Assembly (NCBI GenBank): GCA_963663195.1
Contig: OY760136.1
Coordinates: 1,146,070-1,210,069, forward strand
Direction of reading: 5' to 3'
Source: Vicinamibacterales bacterium
Lineage (GTDB): Bacteria; Acidobacteriota; Vicinamibacteria; Vicinamibacterales; UBA8438
Length of the DNA: 64,000 bases
Position numbers and translations under genes: made by a program
Shown: positions 1 to 10,141 of the stretch, one piece after another
Layout: every line of letters starts with the position of its first letter
How positions within the stretch are numbered: position 1 is the first letter of the stretch
The notes under the pieces: model-generated
What the model was told of the DNA's origin: nothing
The model's input: the letters and a program-made list of their open reading frames with translations, nothing else
The model's database searches: none

Positions 1-497
1 GTTGCGATGTCGGTCAGGTCCGGGCCCGTTCGCGATCCGTCTCCGCCGATGCGGTGGCAGCTCGCGCAATTCCCCTTGCCTCGGTACAAGGCCTCGCCGT
101 TCGCGGCGTCGCCCACCGTCACGTCGCCCGGGTCCAGGCTGCCCATCATGCGGAGATAGGCGACCAGACCGGTCAGCTCCGCCTGGCTGTAGTCGCCGGG
201 AAGCATCGCCGTATCGGGGATGCCGTTCGAGATGATCTCCATCAGGCCCCGGTCGGACGACGCCGCCCGGAACTGCCCGCTGCGAAAGTTCACGCCGTCG
301 ACGCCGTCGCCGCCCGGACCGTGGCAGCTGACGCAGTTGTCGCCGTACAGGCTCATGCCGAAGTTGATGTCGGCCTGGGAATACTGTCCCGCGTGCTCCG
401 TTTGCGCCTGCGCCGTCCCGGGCGCCGCGGCCAGCGCACCGGCTGCCGCAAGCACCGAAACGAGCACCAGACGCCGAGCGCCCCGCCATCGTCGCAT
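1..497 (-). CDS. c-type cytochrome, two haem-binding motifs (C-terminus runs off the window)
   Basis: Absent from the ORF track because there is no stop in the window. Reverse-strand translation from ATG at 495-497 reads MRRWRGARRLVLVSVLAAAGALAAAPGTAQAQTEHAGQY... (signal peptide). It contains two CXXCH motifs (NCVSCHGPGGDG and NCASCHRIGGDGSRTGPDL). Confidence 0.8.
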   Translation of the reverse strand, partial: MRRWRGARRLVLVSVLAAAGALAAAPGTAQAQTEHAGQYSQADINFGMSLYGDNCVSCHGPGGDGVDGVNFRSGQFRAASSDRGLMEIISNGIPDTAMLPGDYSQAELTGLVAYLRMMGSLDPGDVTVGDAANGEALYRGKGNCASCHRIGGDGSRTGPDLTDIA

Positions 498-582
498 ATC
501 CGCCTCCTCTACTTCGCGCATTCTACTGCCTGGACCGCGGGCGGGCGCCCATCGGAGCAGACCGGCATGCGATCAGCGTCGA

Positions 583-1959
583 TTACGAGCCGCTGCGCGC
601 GCTCCACGCCGCGCGGAGCGCCTCGCGATCTACCGCCTCGCCGTCCAGGTAGACGCCGGCGATGCGGCGCGTCGCGGTGATGTCGTCGAGCGGGTTGGCG
701 TCGAGCACGACGAAGTCGGCGCGCGTGCCGAGCGACAGCCGTCCCGCGTCGACCTGGCGCAGCCGCAGCGCCGGGCGGCTGGTTGCGATTGCCAGGGCGT
801 CCATCGGCGGCAGCCCGGCGGCGACAAACAGCTCGAGCTCGCGGTGCGCCGCAAACCCCGGGAAGTGGTCCTGCACGCCGCCGTCCGAGCCGAGGACCAG
901 GTCGGCGCCCGCGGCATGCAGCTTCCGCAGGCTGCGCTCCATCCCGGCGTACTGCGCGGCCCGGGCGGGGGCGTCCGCGGCGAACCCGGCATAGCTGGCC
1001 GCCGCCCGTTCCAGCACGGCCGGCGCGACCGTCGACGCCAGCAACGGCTCGCGCAGCCACGCTGGCGGCTGCGTATGCCGGCGGCGCTCCGAGACGCCCA
1101 GGTTCGGCATCACGAAGACGTCTTGCGCGACGATGGCCGCCACGAGCGCGTCGTCCATCTCGCGATCGCGCACGAGGTGGGCGAAGCCGTCGACGCCCGC
1201 CGCCACCAGATCCTCGGCGTCGTCGTGGTAGAACACGTGGGCAATCACCTGCAGGCCGCGGCGGTGCGCCTCGTCGATGATGGCGCGGTAGAACGCCGGG
1301 GCCAGCTTCTCGACCGTCCCGCCGCGGTCGTCAACCCAGATCTTGACGAACGACACCCGCTGCGCCGCCAGCTCGCCGACCAGCTGCCGGCCCTCCTCCT
1401 CACTTGTAACTCCGGCCGCCGACGGCCGCAGCGCCGGCGAGCCCGGACCGGCGTTCGGCGCGGCCAGCCCGCGGCCGGCCGTGTAGAGTCGCGCGCCGGC
1501 GTGCTGTTCGCGCTGGATCTGCTGCCACAACTCGCCCGCGTCCGTGCCGAGCGACACGACCGTGCCGACGCCGTGGTAGAGGTAGCGCCGCAGCTCGTCG
1601 ACGATGTTCTCGCGGGTGTAGTTGGCCGCGTCGTAGGTCAGCCCGCGTTGGAAGCCGACGTGGCCGTGCAGGTTGATCAGCGCCGGAATCAGCGTCTTGC
1701 CGCTCAGGTCGACCGTCGTCGCGCCCGCGGGCGCCGCGACCTCGTCCGGCGTCCCGAGCGCGGCGACGCGGCCGCGGTCGACGATCATCACGGCATCCTC
1801 GACCGCCGGCGACCCGTCGCCCGGAATCACCCGCATGCCGTGGAAGACCACATCTGCCGACGTCACCTGGACTGCGGGTTCGGGCGGCGGCGGCTCCCCG
1901 GCGCAGGCGGCGGCCAGCAAGGCGGAGCACCCAAGCGCGGCGCATCTGAGAGAACTCAT
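583..1959 (-). CDS. amidohydrolase family protein, probable lipoprotein
   Basis: 458-aa ORF. N-terminal lipobox-like signal (ALLAAAC). Metal-dependent hydrolase signature NLHGHVGF, later AHVFYHDD, GFAHL and LGSDGG, typical of the amidohydrolase superfamily. Confidence 0.8.
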   Translation of the reverse strand: MSSLRCAALGCSALLAAACAGEPPPPEPAVQVTSADVVFHGMRVIPGDGSPAVEDAVMIVDRGRVAALGTPDEVAAPAGATTVDLSGKTLIPALINLHGHVGFQRGLTYDAANYTRENIVDELRRYLYHGVGTVVSLGTDAGELWQQIQREQHAGARLYTAGRGLAAPNAGPGSPALRPSAAGVTSEEEGRQLVGELAAQRVSFVKIWVDDRGGTVEKLAPAFYRAIIDEAHRRGLQVIAHVFYHDDAEDLVAAGVDGFAHLVRDREMDDALVAAIVAQDVFVMPNLGVSERRRHTQPPAWLREPLLASTVAPAVLERAAASYAGFAADAPARAAQYAGMERSLRKLHAAGADLVLGSDGGVQDHFPGFAAHRELELFVAAGLPPMDALAIATSRPALRLRQVDAGRLSLGTRADFVVLDANPLDDITATRRIAGVYLDGEAVDREALRAAWSARSGS

Positions 1960-1992
1960 CGGGTCACTGTCGCTCCTCCCGCATGATAGCCG

Positions 1993-2739
1993 CTACCCGG
2001 CCGCCCACACGTCGTACAGCAGCTTGACCGCGATCACCAGCAGCGCGGCGCGGACCACGCGGAAGAACGTCTCGTCGCTCACGAAGCGGTGCAGGCGGCG
2101 GCCGATCGCCACTCCCACCGGGGCCAGCGGCAGCAGCACGAGCGCAGTCAGCAACGTGCCGCGGCTCCACTGGCCGAGCCACGCGTAAGGGAACACCTTC
2201 GACCAGTTCACGATGAAGAAGAACACGACGCTGGTCGCCTGGAACGTCGTGCGGTCCGCGCAGCGCGGCAGCAGGTACGCCTGCAGCGGCGGACCGCCGG
2301 CGTGGATTGAGAAGCTTGTGAATCCGGACGTCGCGCCCCACAGCGACGCGGCGACCGGATTCGGCCCCCCGGCGGCACCCGCGCTGCGCCGGACGTCGAC
2401 CGCGGCGTACGCCAGCGCCACCGCCGCCACCAGGATGCGCAGCCCGTCGGGAGAGATCGAGCGGGCCGTCAGGAAGCCGAGCAGCGTGCCGGCCAGCGAC
2501 GCCGGTATCAGCACCCGCAAGAAGCGCCAGTCCCACAGCCGCCAGTACGCGCGCAGCGCCAGCGCGTCCATCACCATCAGGATCGGCAGCAGGATGGCGG
2601 CCGCCTGCACCGGGCTGATCACCATCGCCATCAACGGCACGGCGATCACCCCGATGCCGCCGCCGAGGCCGCCCTTCGCCACGCCGACGACGAGCACCGC
2701 TACCGACGCCGCCAGATAGAACCAGGGATCGACGATCAA
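1993..2739 (-). CDS. TauE/SafE family sulfite/anion exporter-like membrane protein
   Basis: 248-aa polytopic hydrophobic ORF. N-terminus VGVAKGGLGGGIGVIAVPLM is characteristic of the TauE/SafE (DUF81) family. Confidence 0.8.
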   Translation of the reverse strand: MIVDPWFYLAASVAVLVVGVAKGGLGGGIGVIAVPLMAMVISPVQAAAILLPILMVMDALALRAYWRLWDWRFLRVLIPASLAGTLLGFLTARSISPDGLRILVAAVALAYAAVDVRRSAGAAGGPNPVAASLWGATSGFTSFSIHAGGPPLQAYLLPRCADRTTFQATSVVFFFIVNWSKVFPYAWLGQWSRGTLLTALVLLPLAPVGVAIGRRLHRFVSDETFFRVVRAALLVIAVKLLYDVWAAG

Positions 2740-2908
2740 CGGCTGCCGGTGGCTGGAGGGACGGGACTATTCGGCCGGCGTTCGCTGCGTTGCACACGCG
2801 GATTGTACGTGGATTGGCCGATGGAAGCTGACCGGTAGAAGCCGCGCGTGACCGGAAGCGTTACGCTGTTCGTGAAATCCGCGCAACCGCGGACGGCGAA
2901 AGGGCGGC

Positions 2909-3718
2909 ATGTCACTCAGGGATCGCTACGGCGACTGGGCGCTGGTGGCCGGGGCCTCGGAGGGCCTGGGGAAGGCCTGGGCGCGCGGCATTGCAAGCGC
3001 CGGACTCAACTTGGTGGTTATCGCCGAACGCCGGGAGCCTCTGGAACAGGTCGCCGCCGGCATTCGCAGCGACTTCGATGTAGACGCCCGGGTGGAGGTC
3101 CTGGATCTGGCGGCCCCGGAGCTGGCGAGGCGGCTGGCGGCGCTGGACGAAGAGCTGCGCATTGGCGTCGCGGTCTACAACGCCAGCTACTCGCCGGTCG
3201 GCACCTTCCTGGAAGTGCCCCTGGAAGACAAGCTGACGGTGGTCGACGTGAACGCGCGCGGGCCCCTGATCTGGTCGGATGTGCTCGGCCGCCGCATGGC
3301 CGGGCGGGGCCGCGGGGCGCTCGTGCTCATGTCGTCGCTGTCCGGCTTCACCGGCTCGGCGCTGGTCGCTACCTACGCGGCGACCAAGGCTTTCGACACG
3401 GTGCTCGGTGAGGGTCTCTGGGAGGAACTGGGGCGGCACGGCGTGAACGTGATGGTCTGCGCCGCCGGATTCACGCTGACGCCCGCGATGAAGACAGCCA
3501 CCCCCGCAGACAAGCTGGCCGGTCTCTTTCCGATGGAGCCCGAGGAGGTAGTCCGCGAGGCCCTTGGCGCGCTCGCGCGCAGGTCGGGGCCGACCTTCAT
3601 TCCCGGACGTTTCAATCGCTGGTCCCGGCAGGCGGTCGGCCGCCTGCTGTCGCGGCGCGCGGCCGTGCGCATCTTCAGCAACCGCATCCGCAGCACGTAC
3701 GGAAAACAAGGAGCGTAA
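2909..3718 (+). CDS. SDR family short-chain dehydrogenase/reductase
   Basis: 269 aa. Rossmann motif ALVAGASEGLGKA. Catalytic YxxxK present as YAATKAF. MSSLSG upstream serine. Confidence 0.85.
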   Translation: MSLRDRYGDWALVAGASEGLGKAWARGIASAGLNLVVIAERREPLEQVAAGIRSDFDVDARVEVLDLAAPELARRLAALDEELRIGVAVYNASYSPVGTFLEVPLEDKLTVVDVNARGPLIWSDVLGRRMAGRGRGALVLMSSLSGFTGSALVATYAATKAFDTVLGEGLWEELGRHGVNVMVCAAGFTLTPAMKTATPADKLAGLFPMEPEEVVREALGALARRSGPTFIPGRFNRWSRQAVGRLLSRRAAVRIFSNRIRSTYGKQGA

Positions 3719-3723
3719 GCACT

Positions 3724-4152
3724 ATGGCGACAGCACACGTAGAACAGGAACTTCCCGCCAGCGCCGACAAGGTCTGGTCGCTCATTCAGGACTTCACGGA
3801 CATGTCCGCGTGGGCGCCCCCCGACCTGTCCCTCATCCGCGGCGAAGGCTCGGGACAGGGCGCCCTGCGCCGGCTGAAGACCGCCCAGGGCGAGTTGGTC
3901 GAGCGCTGCGAGACGCACGACCCGTCGACCCGGACCTTCAGCTACTCGATCACGGAGGGGCCCGGGAACATGAAGCGCTACCTCTCGACAGTCTCGGTCC
4001 GGCCCGCGGGCGACGAACGCTGCACCATCACCTGGGGCTGCGACTTCGAGCTCGAGGGCGTGCCGGAGGCCGCGGCCGTGCAGATGATGGAGGGCGTCTA
4101 CCGCGACGGCTTCATCGCAACCCTCGCGCGGACCCTGACCGCCGCGTCATGA
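3724..4152 (+). CDS. SRPBCC (Bet v1/polyketide cyclase-like) family protein
   Basis: 142 aa. N-terminus ...ELPASADKVWSLIQDFTDMSAWAP is typical of SRPBCC ligand-binding proteins. Follows the SDR gene after 5 nt. Confidence 0.65.
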   Translation: MATAHVEQELPASADKVWSLIQDFTDMSAWAPPDLSLIRGEGSGQGALRRLKTAQGELVERCETHDPSTRTFSYSITEGPGNMKRYLSTVSVRPAGDERCTITWGCDFELEGVPEAAAVQMMEGVYRDGFIATLARTLTAAS

Positions 4153-7100
4153 GACGCCCGCCAGCGGCTCCTCCTCAGCGGTCTCCGGCGCGCCGGCGCG
4201 CCGCCGCAGGTCCCGGCCGCGCCAGATGCAGTAGATGACCGGAAACACCAGCAGCACGACGAGCGCCGTCGTCACCACGCCGCCTACCATCGGCGCGGCG
4301 ATCCGCTTCATGACGTCGGCGCCGGTTCCGCTGCTCCACATGATGGGGAGCAGGCTGAGCGCGGTCGTCGCGCTAAGCATCACCACCGGCCGGACCCGCC
4401 GCGAGGCGCCGTCGAACACGGCCTGACGGAGCTCGGCGAGCGTCCCCAGACGCCCTTCGGCGCGCGCGGCGTCGCAGGCGCGGTCCAGGTACAGCAGCAT
4501 GACCATCCCGGTCTCGGCGCTGAGACCGGCCAGCGCGATGATGCCCACCCACACGGCGATGCTGAGGTTGTACTGGAGCGCGTCCAGCAGCCAGAACGCG
4601 CCGGCCAGCGACAGCGGCACGGCCGACAGCACTATCAGCATCCTGGGCACCGACTGCGTGCTGCCGTAAACGATGAGCACTATCAGCAGGATCGTCACCG
4701 GAACGACGACCCGCAGCCGCTCCTGCGCGCGCACCATGTACTCGTACTGCCCGCTCCAGCCGAGGCTGTAACCGGCCGGAATGTCCACGCCGGCGGCGAC
4801 CGCCCGCGTGGCGCGTTCCACGTAGGTCCCGACGTCGACGTCCTGAATGTCCACGTAGACCCAGGCATTCGGGCGCGACTGCTCGCTCTTGATGACCGGC
4901 GGGCCCTTGACGAACGACATGTCCGCCAGCAGGCCCAGCGGTATCTGCTGGCGCGTCGGCGTCTGCACGAGGATGTCCCGCAGGTCGGCGGGATTGTCGC
5001 GGAGATCGCGGCTGTAGCGCAGGTTGACGGGGTAGCGTTCGAGGCCCTCCACGGTGGTGGTGATGTTCATGCCGCCGATAGCCGACTGGATGACGTCCTG
5101 TACGTCGCCCACCGTCAGTCCGTAGCGGGCGATCTCCTCCCTGCGGATCGCGAAGTTCAGGTAGTTGCCCCCCATGGTGCGCTCGGAATAGACCGAGCGG
5201 GTGCCGGGCACCTGGCGCAAAACCGCTTCTACATCCTGGCCGAGATCCTCAAGCACCCGCAGGTCGGGACCGGAGAGCTTGACGCCCACCGGGGTCTTGA
5301 TGCCGGTCGACAGCATGTCGATGCGGGTCTTGATCGGCATGGTCCAGGCGTTGGTCACGCCGGGAAAGCGGATCGCCCGGTTCATCTCGTCGGTCAGCCG
5401 CTCGGGCGTCATGCCCGGCCGCCAGGCGTCCTCGGGCTTGAGGCTGATGGTCGTCTCGATCATGCTCAGCGGCGCGGGGTCGGTGGCCGTGTCGGCGCGG
5501 CCGACCTTGCCGAATACCTGGTCGACTTCCGGAAACGCCCGCAGGATGCGATCGGTCTGCTGCAGGATCTCGCGGGCCTTGCCGATCGACACGCCCGGGA
5601 GGGTCGTCGGCATGTAGAGCAGGTCGCCTTCCCACAGCGGCGGCATGAACTCCGATCCCAGGCGCGCAGCAGGCACGGCGGTTGCCGCCAGCCCCGCCAC
5701 CGTCCCGGCAACGACCAGCCAGCGCCACGCCAGCAGGCGGCGCAGCACGGGCTGATAAACGGCCAGCAGCACGCGCGTCAGCGGGTTCGCCCGCTCCGGC
5801 CGGATGCGGCCGCGAATCCAGTAGCCGGCCAGCACCGGCACGAGCGTGATCGACAGCAGGGCCGCGGCGGCCATCGCATAGGTCTTGGTGAACGCGAGCG
5901 GCCGGAACAGCCGGCCCTCCTGCGCCTCCAGCGTGAAGATCGGTGCGAACGAGACCGTGATGACCAGCAGCGCGAGGAACAGCGTGGGGCCGACCTCCGT
6001 GGCGGCGCGCGCGATGACCCGCCAGTGGGGCAGCCGGTCCCGCTCGCCGGCGAGGTGCCTGTGGACGTTCTCCACCATCACGATCGCGGCGTCCACCATC
6101 GCGCCGATGGCTATCGCGATGCCCCCCAGCGACATGATGTTGGCGTTGATGCCCTGCAGGTACATCACGACGAGCGCCATGAGCACCGCCAGCGGCAGGG
6201 TCAGCACGGCGACGAACGCCGATCGCACGTGCAGCAGGAACAGCGCGCAGACCAGCGCGACGATGGCCATCTCCTCGATCAGCTTCTGCTGCAGGGTGGC
6301 GACCGAGCGCTCGATCAGCAGTGTCCGGTCGTAGACGGGGACGATCTCGACGCCGGCCGGCAACCCCGACCGCAGGTCCTCCAGGCGGGCCTTGACCCGT
6401 TCGACCACTTCGTGCACGTTCGCGCCGTAGCGCACGATGACAATGCCGCCGACCACCTCGCCTTCCCCGTTCAGCTCGGCCAGCCCGCGGCGGATGTCGG
6501 GGCCGAATTGCACCGTCGCAACGTCCTGGACGGAGATGGGCGTGCCCGACGGGTCCACGCCGAGCGCGACGCGCTTCACGTCGTCGAGGCCCTGGATGTA
6601 GCCTTCGCCGCGCACCATGAACTCGGTCTCGGACATCTCGAGCACGCGGCCGCCGACGTCGTTGTTGCTGCGCTGCACGGCGCTGCGGATGCGGTCCAGC
6701 GAGATGTCGTAGGCGCGCAGCCGGTTCGGGTCGACGGTTATCTGGTACTGCTTGACGAACCCGCCGATGCTGGCAACCTCGGAGACGCCCTGCACCGCCG
6801 TCAGCTCGTATTTCAGGAACCAGTCCTGCACGGACCGCAGCTCCGCGAGGTCGACCCGGTCGGACCGCAGCGCGTACATGTACGCCCAGCCGACGCCCGT
6901 GGCGTCGGGGCCGAGGGTGGGGTTGACGCCCGCCGGCAGCCGGCCGCTCACGTAGTTGAGGTATTCGAGGACACGGCTGCGCGCCCAGTACAGGTCGGTG
7001 CCGTCCTCGAAAATGACGTACACGAACGAGAAGCCGAAGAACGAGTAGCCGCGGACCACCGTGGCGGAGGGCACCGCCAGCATCTGGGTGGTGATGGGAT

Positions 7101-7299
7101 AGGTGACCTGGTCTTCGACCACCTGCGGCGCCTGCCCCGGATAGTCGGTGAAGATGATCACCTGGACGTCGGAGAGGTCGGGCAACGCGTCGAGCGGGGT
7201 GGCCCGCACCGCGTAGGCGCCGGCGGCGGCCACGAAGATCGCCGCGAGCACTACGAACAGGCGGTTACGAATCGACCATTCGATCACACTGGCAAGCAT
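4147..7299 (-). CDS. cusA: CusA/CzcA heavy-metal efflux RND pump, Cu(I)/Ag(I) type
   Basis: 1050-aa 12-TM RND protein. The three Met of the E. coli CusA metal site appear in conserved context (LLYMPTT, APLSMIETT, WRPGMT). Confidence 0.93.
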   Translation of the reverse strand: MLASVIEWSIRNRLFVVLAAIFVAAAGAYAVRATPLDALPDLSDVQVIIFTDYPGQAPQVVEDQVTYPITTQMLAVPSATVVRGYSFFGFSFVYVIFEDGTDLYWARSRVLEYLNYVSGRLPAGVNPTLGPDATGVGWAYMYALRSDRVDLAELRSVQDWFLKYELTAVQGVSEVASIGGFVKQYQITVDPNRLRAYDISLDRIRSAVQRSNNDVGGRVLEMSETEFMVRGEGYIQGLDDVKRVALGVDPSGTPISVQDVATVQFGPDIRRGLAELNGEGEVVGGIVIVRYGANVHEVVERVKARLEDLRSGLPAGVEIVPVYDRTLLIERSVATLQQKLIEEMAIVALVCALFLLHVRSAFVAVLTLPLAVLMALVVMYLQGINANIMSLGGIAIAIGAMVDAAIVMVENVHRHLAGERDRLPHWRVIARAATEVGPTLFLALLVITVSFAPIFTLEAQEGRLFRPLAFTKTYAMAAAALLSITLVPVLAGYWIRGRIRPERANPLTRVLLAVYQPVLRRLLAWRWLVVAGTVAGLAATAVPAARLGSEFMPPLWEGDLLYMPTTLPGVSIGKAREILQQTDRILRAFPEVDQVFGKVGRADTATDPAPLSMIETTISLKPEDAWRPGMTPERLTDEMNRAIRFPGVTNAWTMPIKTRIDMLSTGIKTPVGVKLSGPDLRVLEDLGQDVEAVLRQVPGTRSVYSERTMGGNYLNFAIRREEIARYGLTVGDVQDVIQSAIGGMNITTTVEGLERYPVNLRYSRDLRDNPADLRDILVQTPTRQQIPLGLLADMSFVKGPPVIKSEQSRPNAWVYVDIQDVDVGTYVERATRAVAAGVDIPAGYSLGWSGQYEYMVRAQERLRVVVPVTILLIVLIVYGSTQSVPRMLIVLSAVPLSLAGAFWLLDALQYNLSIAVWVGIIALAGLSAETGMVMLLYLDRACDAARAEGRLGTLAELRQAVFDGASRRVRPVVMLSATTALSLLPIMWSSGTGADVMKRIAAPMVGGVVTTALVVLLVFPVIYCIWRGRDLRRRAGAPETAEEEPLAGVS

Positions 7300-7320
7300 C
7301 GGTCTGCCCCCGGCCCGCTC

Positions 7321-8655
7321 TCAGCGCCCGAGTCCGTCCGGAGCGGCGTCGAGCGTGCGGATCGCCTGCGTCAGGTTGCTCTCGGAGTCGATCAGGAACT
7401 GCGCGGACACGACCACCGTATCGCCGTCGGCGACACCATCCACTACCTCCCACAGACCTTCACCGTTGCGGCCGAGCGTGACCGCGGCGACCTGGAACGT
7501 GCCGCCGCCCCGCTCGAGGACCACCACATCCCGCGTACCGCTGCGGATCACCGCTTCTTCCGGCACCGCGAGGACGCCGCGCGCGACGGGAACGTCGAAC
7601 GTCACGTTGGCGTACATGCCGGCCCGCAGGGTCAGATCGGGGTTCTCCAGCTCTATCGACACCGTCATCGTGCGTGTCTGCTCGTCGAAGTGCGGATACA
7701 GGTAACGCACGAATCCCGTGTACGGACGCCCCGGGAGATACGGCAGCTCGACGTGCGCCCGCTGCCCGACCCGCATCGCCTCGACCTGATGCTCGAAGAT
7801 CTCGACGTCGACCCAGATCGTGGTCAGGTCGGCCATCTTGTACAGGTTCGTGCCGGCCGTGACGTACATGCCGTCGAGCGCCTGATCCATCTTCTCGACG
7901 ACGACCCCGGTGACCGGCGACACGACCGACAGCGTGCGGCGCGGCGTCCGCTCGCGCTCGAGCGTGGCAATCTGGGCCGCGGTTATGTCCCAGTAGCCGA
8001 GCCGCGCGCGGGCCGCCTCGACGAGCGAATGCGCCCGCGAGGCGATGCCGGGGTATTCCGATGCGTCAAGCCGCTCCGCATAGTCGACCGCCTGCAGGTA
8101 TTCCATCTGGGTCGTCACCAGCTGCGGACTGTAGATGTCGAACAGGACCTGCCCCTCCTCTACTGTCTCGCCCAGGTAGTTGACCGCGACGTTCTCGATC
8201 CACCCGTCGTACTTCGTGTTCACCCAGGCGATCTGCCGGTCGTTGTGGGCCAGCGTGCCGACGGTGCGGATGGTCTGGGCGATGTCGCGGCGGCCGGCCG
8301 GTTCGCTGCGGACGCCCACGCTCTGCACGAAGGCCGGGTCGATGCGCACCATGCCGGGCGGCAGGCTGCCGCCCTCGTCCGCGTAGACCGGGACGAGATC
8401 CATGCCCATCGGGGACTTCCCCGGCCGATCCGACGTGAACGTCGCATCCATCGGCGCCCGCCAGTGCAGGATTTCCCGGTCGTCCTCCACGGCGGGCGGC
8501 AGGAACGGCGCGGGCGCCGCGGGCGACGACGACGCGGGTAACGCGGAGAGCAGGTTCGCCGGCCACCGCCAGCCGGCGGGGTTGACTACCAGCACGAGCG
8601 CGGCCGCCAGGCCGAGTCCGAAGCCGATGACGCTGAAAGCGACAGCCTTCTGCAT
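7321..8655 (-). CDS. cusB: efflux RND periplasmic adaptor, CusB-like
   Basis: 444 aa. HWRAPMDATFTSDRPGKSPMGMDLVPVYADE closely parallels E. coli CusB YWYDPM...FDKPGKSPFMDMDLVPKYADE. Lies directly upstream of cusA. Confidence 0.9.
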   Translation of the reverse strand: MQKAVAFSVIGFGLGLAAALVLVVNPAGWRWPANLLSALPASSSPAAPAPFLPPAVEDDREILHWRAPMDATFTSDRPGKSPMGMDLVPVYADEGGSLPPGMVRIDPAFVQSVGVRSEPAGRRDIAQTIRTVGTLAHNDRQIAWVNTKYDGWIENVAVNYLGETVEEGQVLFDIYSPQLVTTQMEYLQAVDYAERLDASEYPGIASRAHSLVEAARARLGYWDITAAQIATLERERTPRRTLSVVSPVTGVVVEKMDQALDGMYVTAGTNLYKMADLTTIWVDVEIFEHQVEAMRVGQRAHVELPYLPGRPYTGFVRYLYPHFDEQTRTMTVSIELENPDLTLRAGMYANVTFDVPVARGVLAVPEEAVIRSGTRDVVVLERGGGTFQVAAVTLGRNGEGLWEVVDGVADGDTVVVSAQFLIDSESNLTQAIRTLDAAPDGLGR

Positions 8656-8664
8656 GACGCCCTC

Positions 8665-9990
8665 CTATTCCGGCGGCACGCGCGTGCCGACCGCCCGTTC
8701 GAGCCTGGTGAGCGCGACGAGGTAGTCGGAGACGTAGCGCACGCGCATGAGCCGCATGTCGAGCAGCGTCCGCTCGCTGTCGAGCAGGTCGAGCACGCCG
8801 AGCTGGCCGGTTTCGTAGGCCGCCTCGGTTGCGCGGAGCGCTTCGTCGGTCTGCGGGATCAGCACGGTGTCGAGCAGGTCGATCTGCCGGTCGAGCGTCT
8901 CCAGGCGCACGAGCGCGTCCTGCACGTCCAGCTCCATGGCGTCGCGCGCCGCCGCGCGGCGTTGCTGATGAGCCCGCAGCTCGTCGGCCGCCTGCGCGGC
9001 GGCGGCGCGATACCTGGCGCGCCGGATCGGCAGAGATACGCCCAGCGACACCGTCAGCGCGTTCTTGCCGTCGTCGGGCTGGATAAGGTTGAGCCCGGCC
9101 GGGCCCCCGTGGCGCCCGACGTTCGTCACGCCGACGCTCGCCGTGAATCCGGGCCGGGCGCTCTTCTGGGCGAGATCGATTGCATGCTCGCTGCCGCGGA
9201 TCAGCGCCGCGGCGGCCCGCAGTTCCTGGCGGTGCCGATCGCCGAGGCGGACCAGCTGCTCTCGCTGCAGCTCGACGGCGGGGCGCGCCAGCGGCCCCAC
9301 GCGCGGCAACGCCTCGTCGGCGGGCCGCCGGCGCAGCGTGTTCAGGCGCGCCTCGAGCACGGCGCGCTGTTGCTCCAGCCCGTGCCGCCGGTTGACGACC
9401 CTGGCGATCTCCGCCTGCAGCCTGATCACCGCCTGCTGCAGGCCCTGACCCGCGGCGTAACGGGCGCTGGCGAGGGTCTCATAGTGCTCCAGCAGGGAGC
9501 GCTCCTCGCTGGCGAGGCCCAGCGCGGCGTCTGCGTAGCCGAGCTCGTAGTACGCCTCCTTCACCTGCGCGATGACGTCCCGCTGGTCCGCCTCGTGCAC
9601 GTGGTACAGCGCCGCTGCCTGCTGCAACGCCACCTGGCCCCTCAGGTCGAGCGTGCCGAACCAGGGAAAGGCCTGGCTCACGGTGAAGCTGTTGAGCTGC
9701 GGTCCGACCCGCGTCTCCACGCTCCGCAGCGCCTGCGTGAACGTCAGGACGGGGTCGGGCAGTGCCGTGACCTGCGGCACCCGCTGGCGGGCGGCGCCGT
9801 AGCGTGCCCGGGACTCCAGGATGGCCGGGTTGTGCTCCAGCGCGCTCGCCACGTAGGCCCGCAGCTCCGCCGCGGCGGCATGGAATTCCGGCGGCGGCGC
9901 AGGCTCGGTGGTCTGGGCGGCCGCCGCCGCCGCAACAAGGCCCGCCGCGGCAACGCCGGCCGCGGCGCGTCGAGCGAGTAAGGCATTCAT
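8665..9990 (-). CDS. cusC: TolC family outer-membrane efflux protein, CusC-like
   Basis: 441 aa, signal peptide, two OEP-type repeats. Sits 9 nt upstream of cusB on the same strand. Confidence 0.85.
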   Translation of the reverse strand: MNALLARRAAAGVAAAGLVAAAAAAQTTEPAPPPEFHAAAAELRAYVASALEHNPAILESRARYGAARQRVPQVTALPDPVLTFTQALRSVETRVGPQLNSFTVSQAFPWFGTLDLRGQVALQQAAALYHVHEADQRDVIAQVKEAYYELGYADAALGLASEERSLLEHYETLASARYAAGQGLQQAVIRLQAEIARVVNRRHGLEQQRAVLEARLNTLRRRPADEALPRVGPLARPAVELQREQLVRLGDRHRQELRAAAALIRGSEHAIDLAQKSARPGFTASVGVTNVGRHGGPAGLNLIQPDDGKNALTVSLGVSLPIRRARYRAAAAQAADELRAHQQRRAAARDAMELDVQDALVRLETLDRQIDLLDTVLIPQTDEALRATEAAYETGQLGVLDLLDSERTLLDMRLMRVRYVSDYLVALTRLERAVGTRVPPE

Positions 9991-10141
9991 GGAACCGTCT
10001 CCGTATTCGTCGAATTCGGGACTCTGGCCGTTCCCCGCGGCGGTCGCAATCGCCTCAGGCGGTGCGGCGCGTTGCTACGCGGTCACGCGCTCCGGCGATC
10101 GCAGGAGCCGGACGGGACGGCAGGATTGACGAACGGGACGG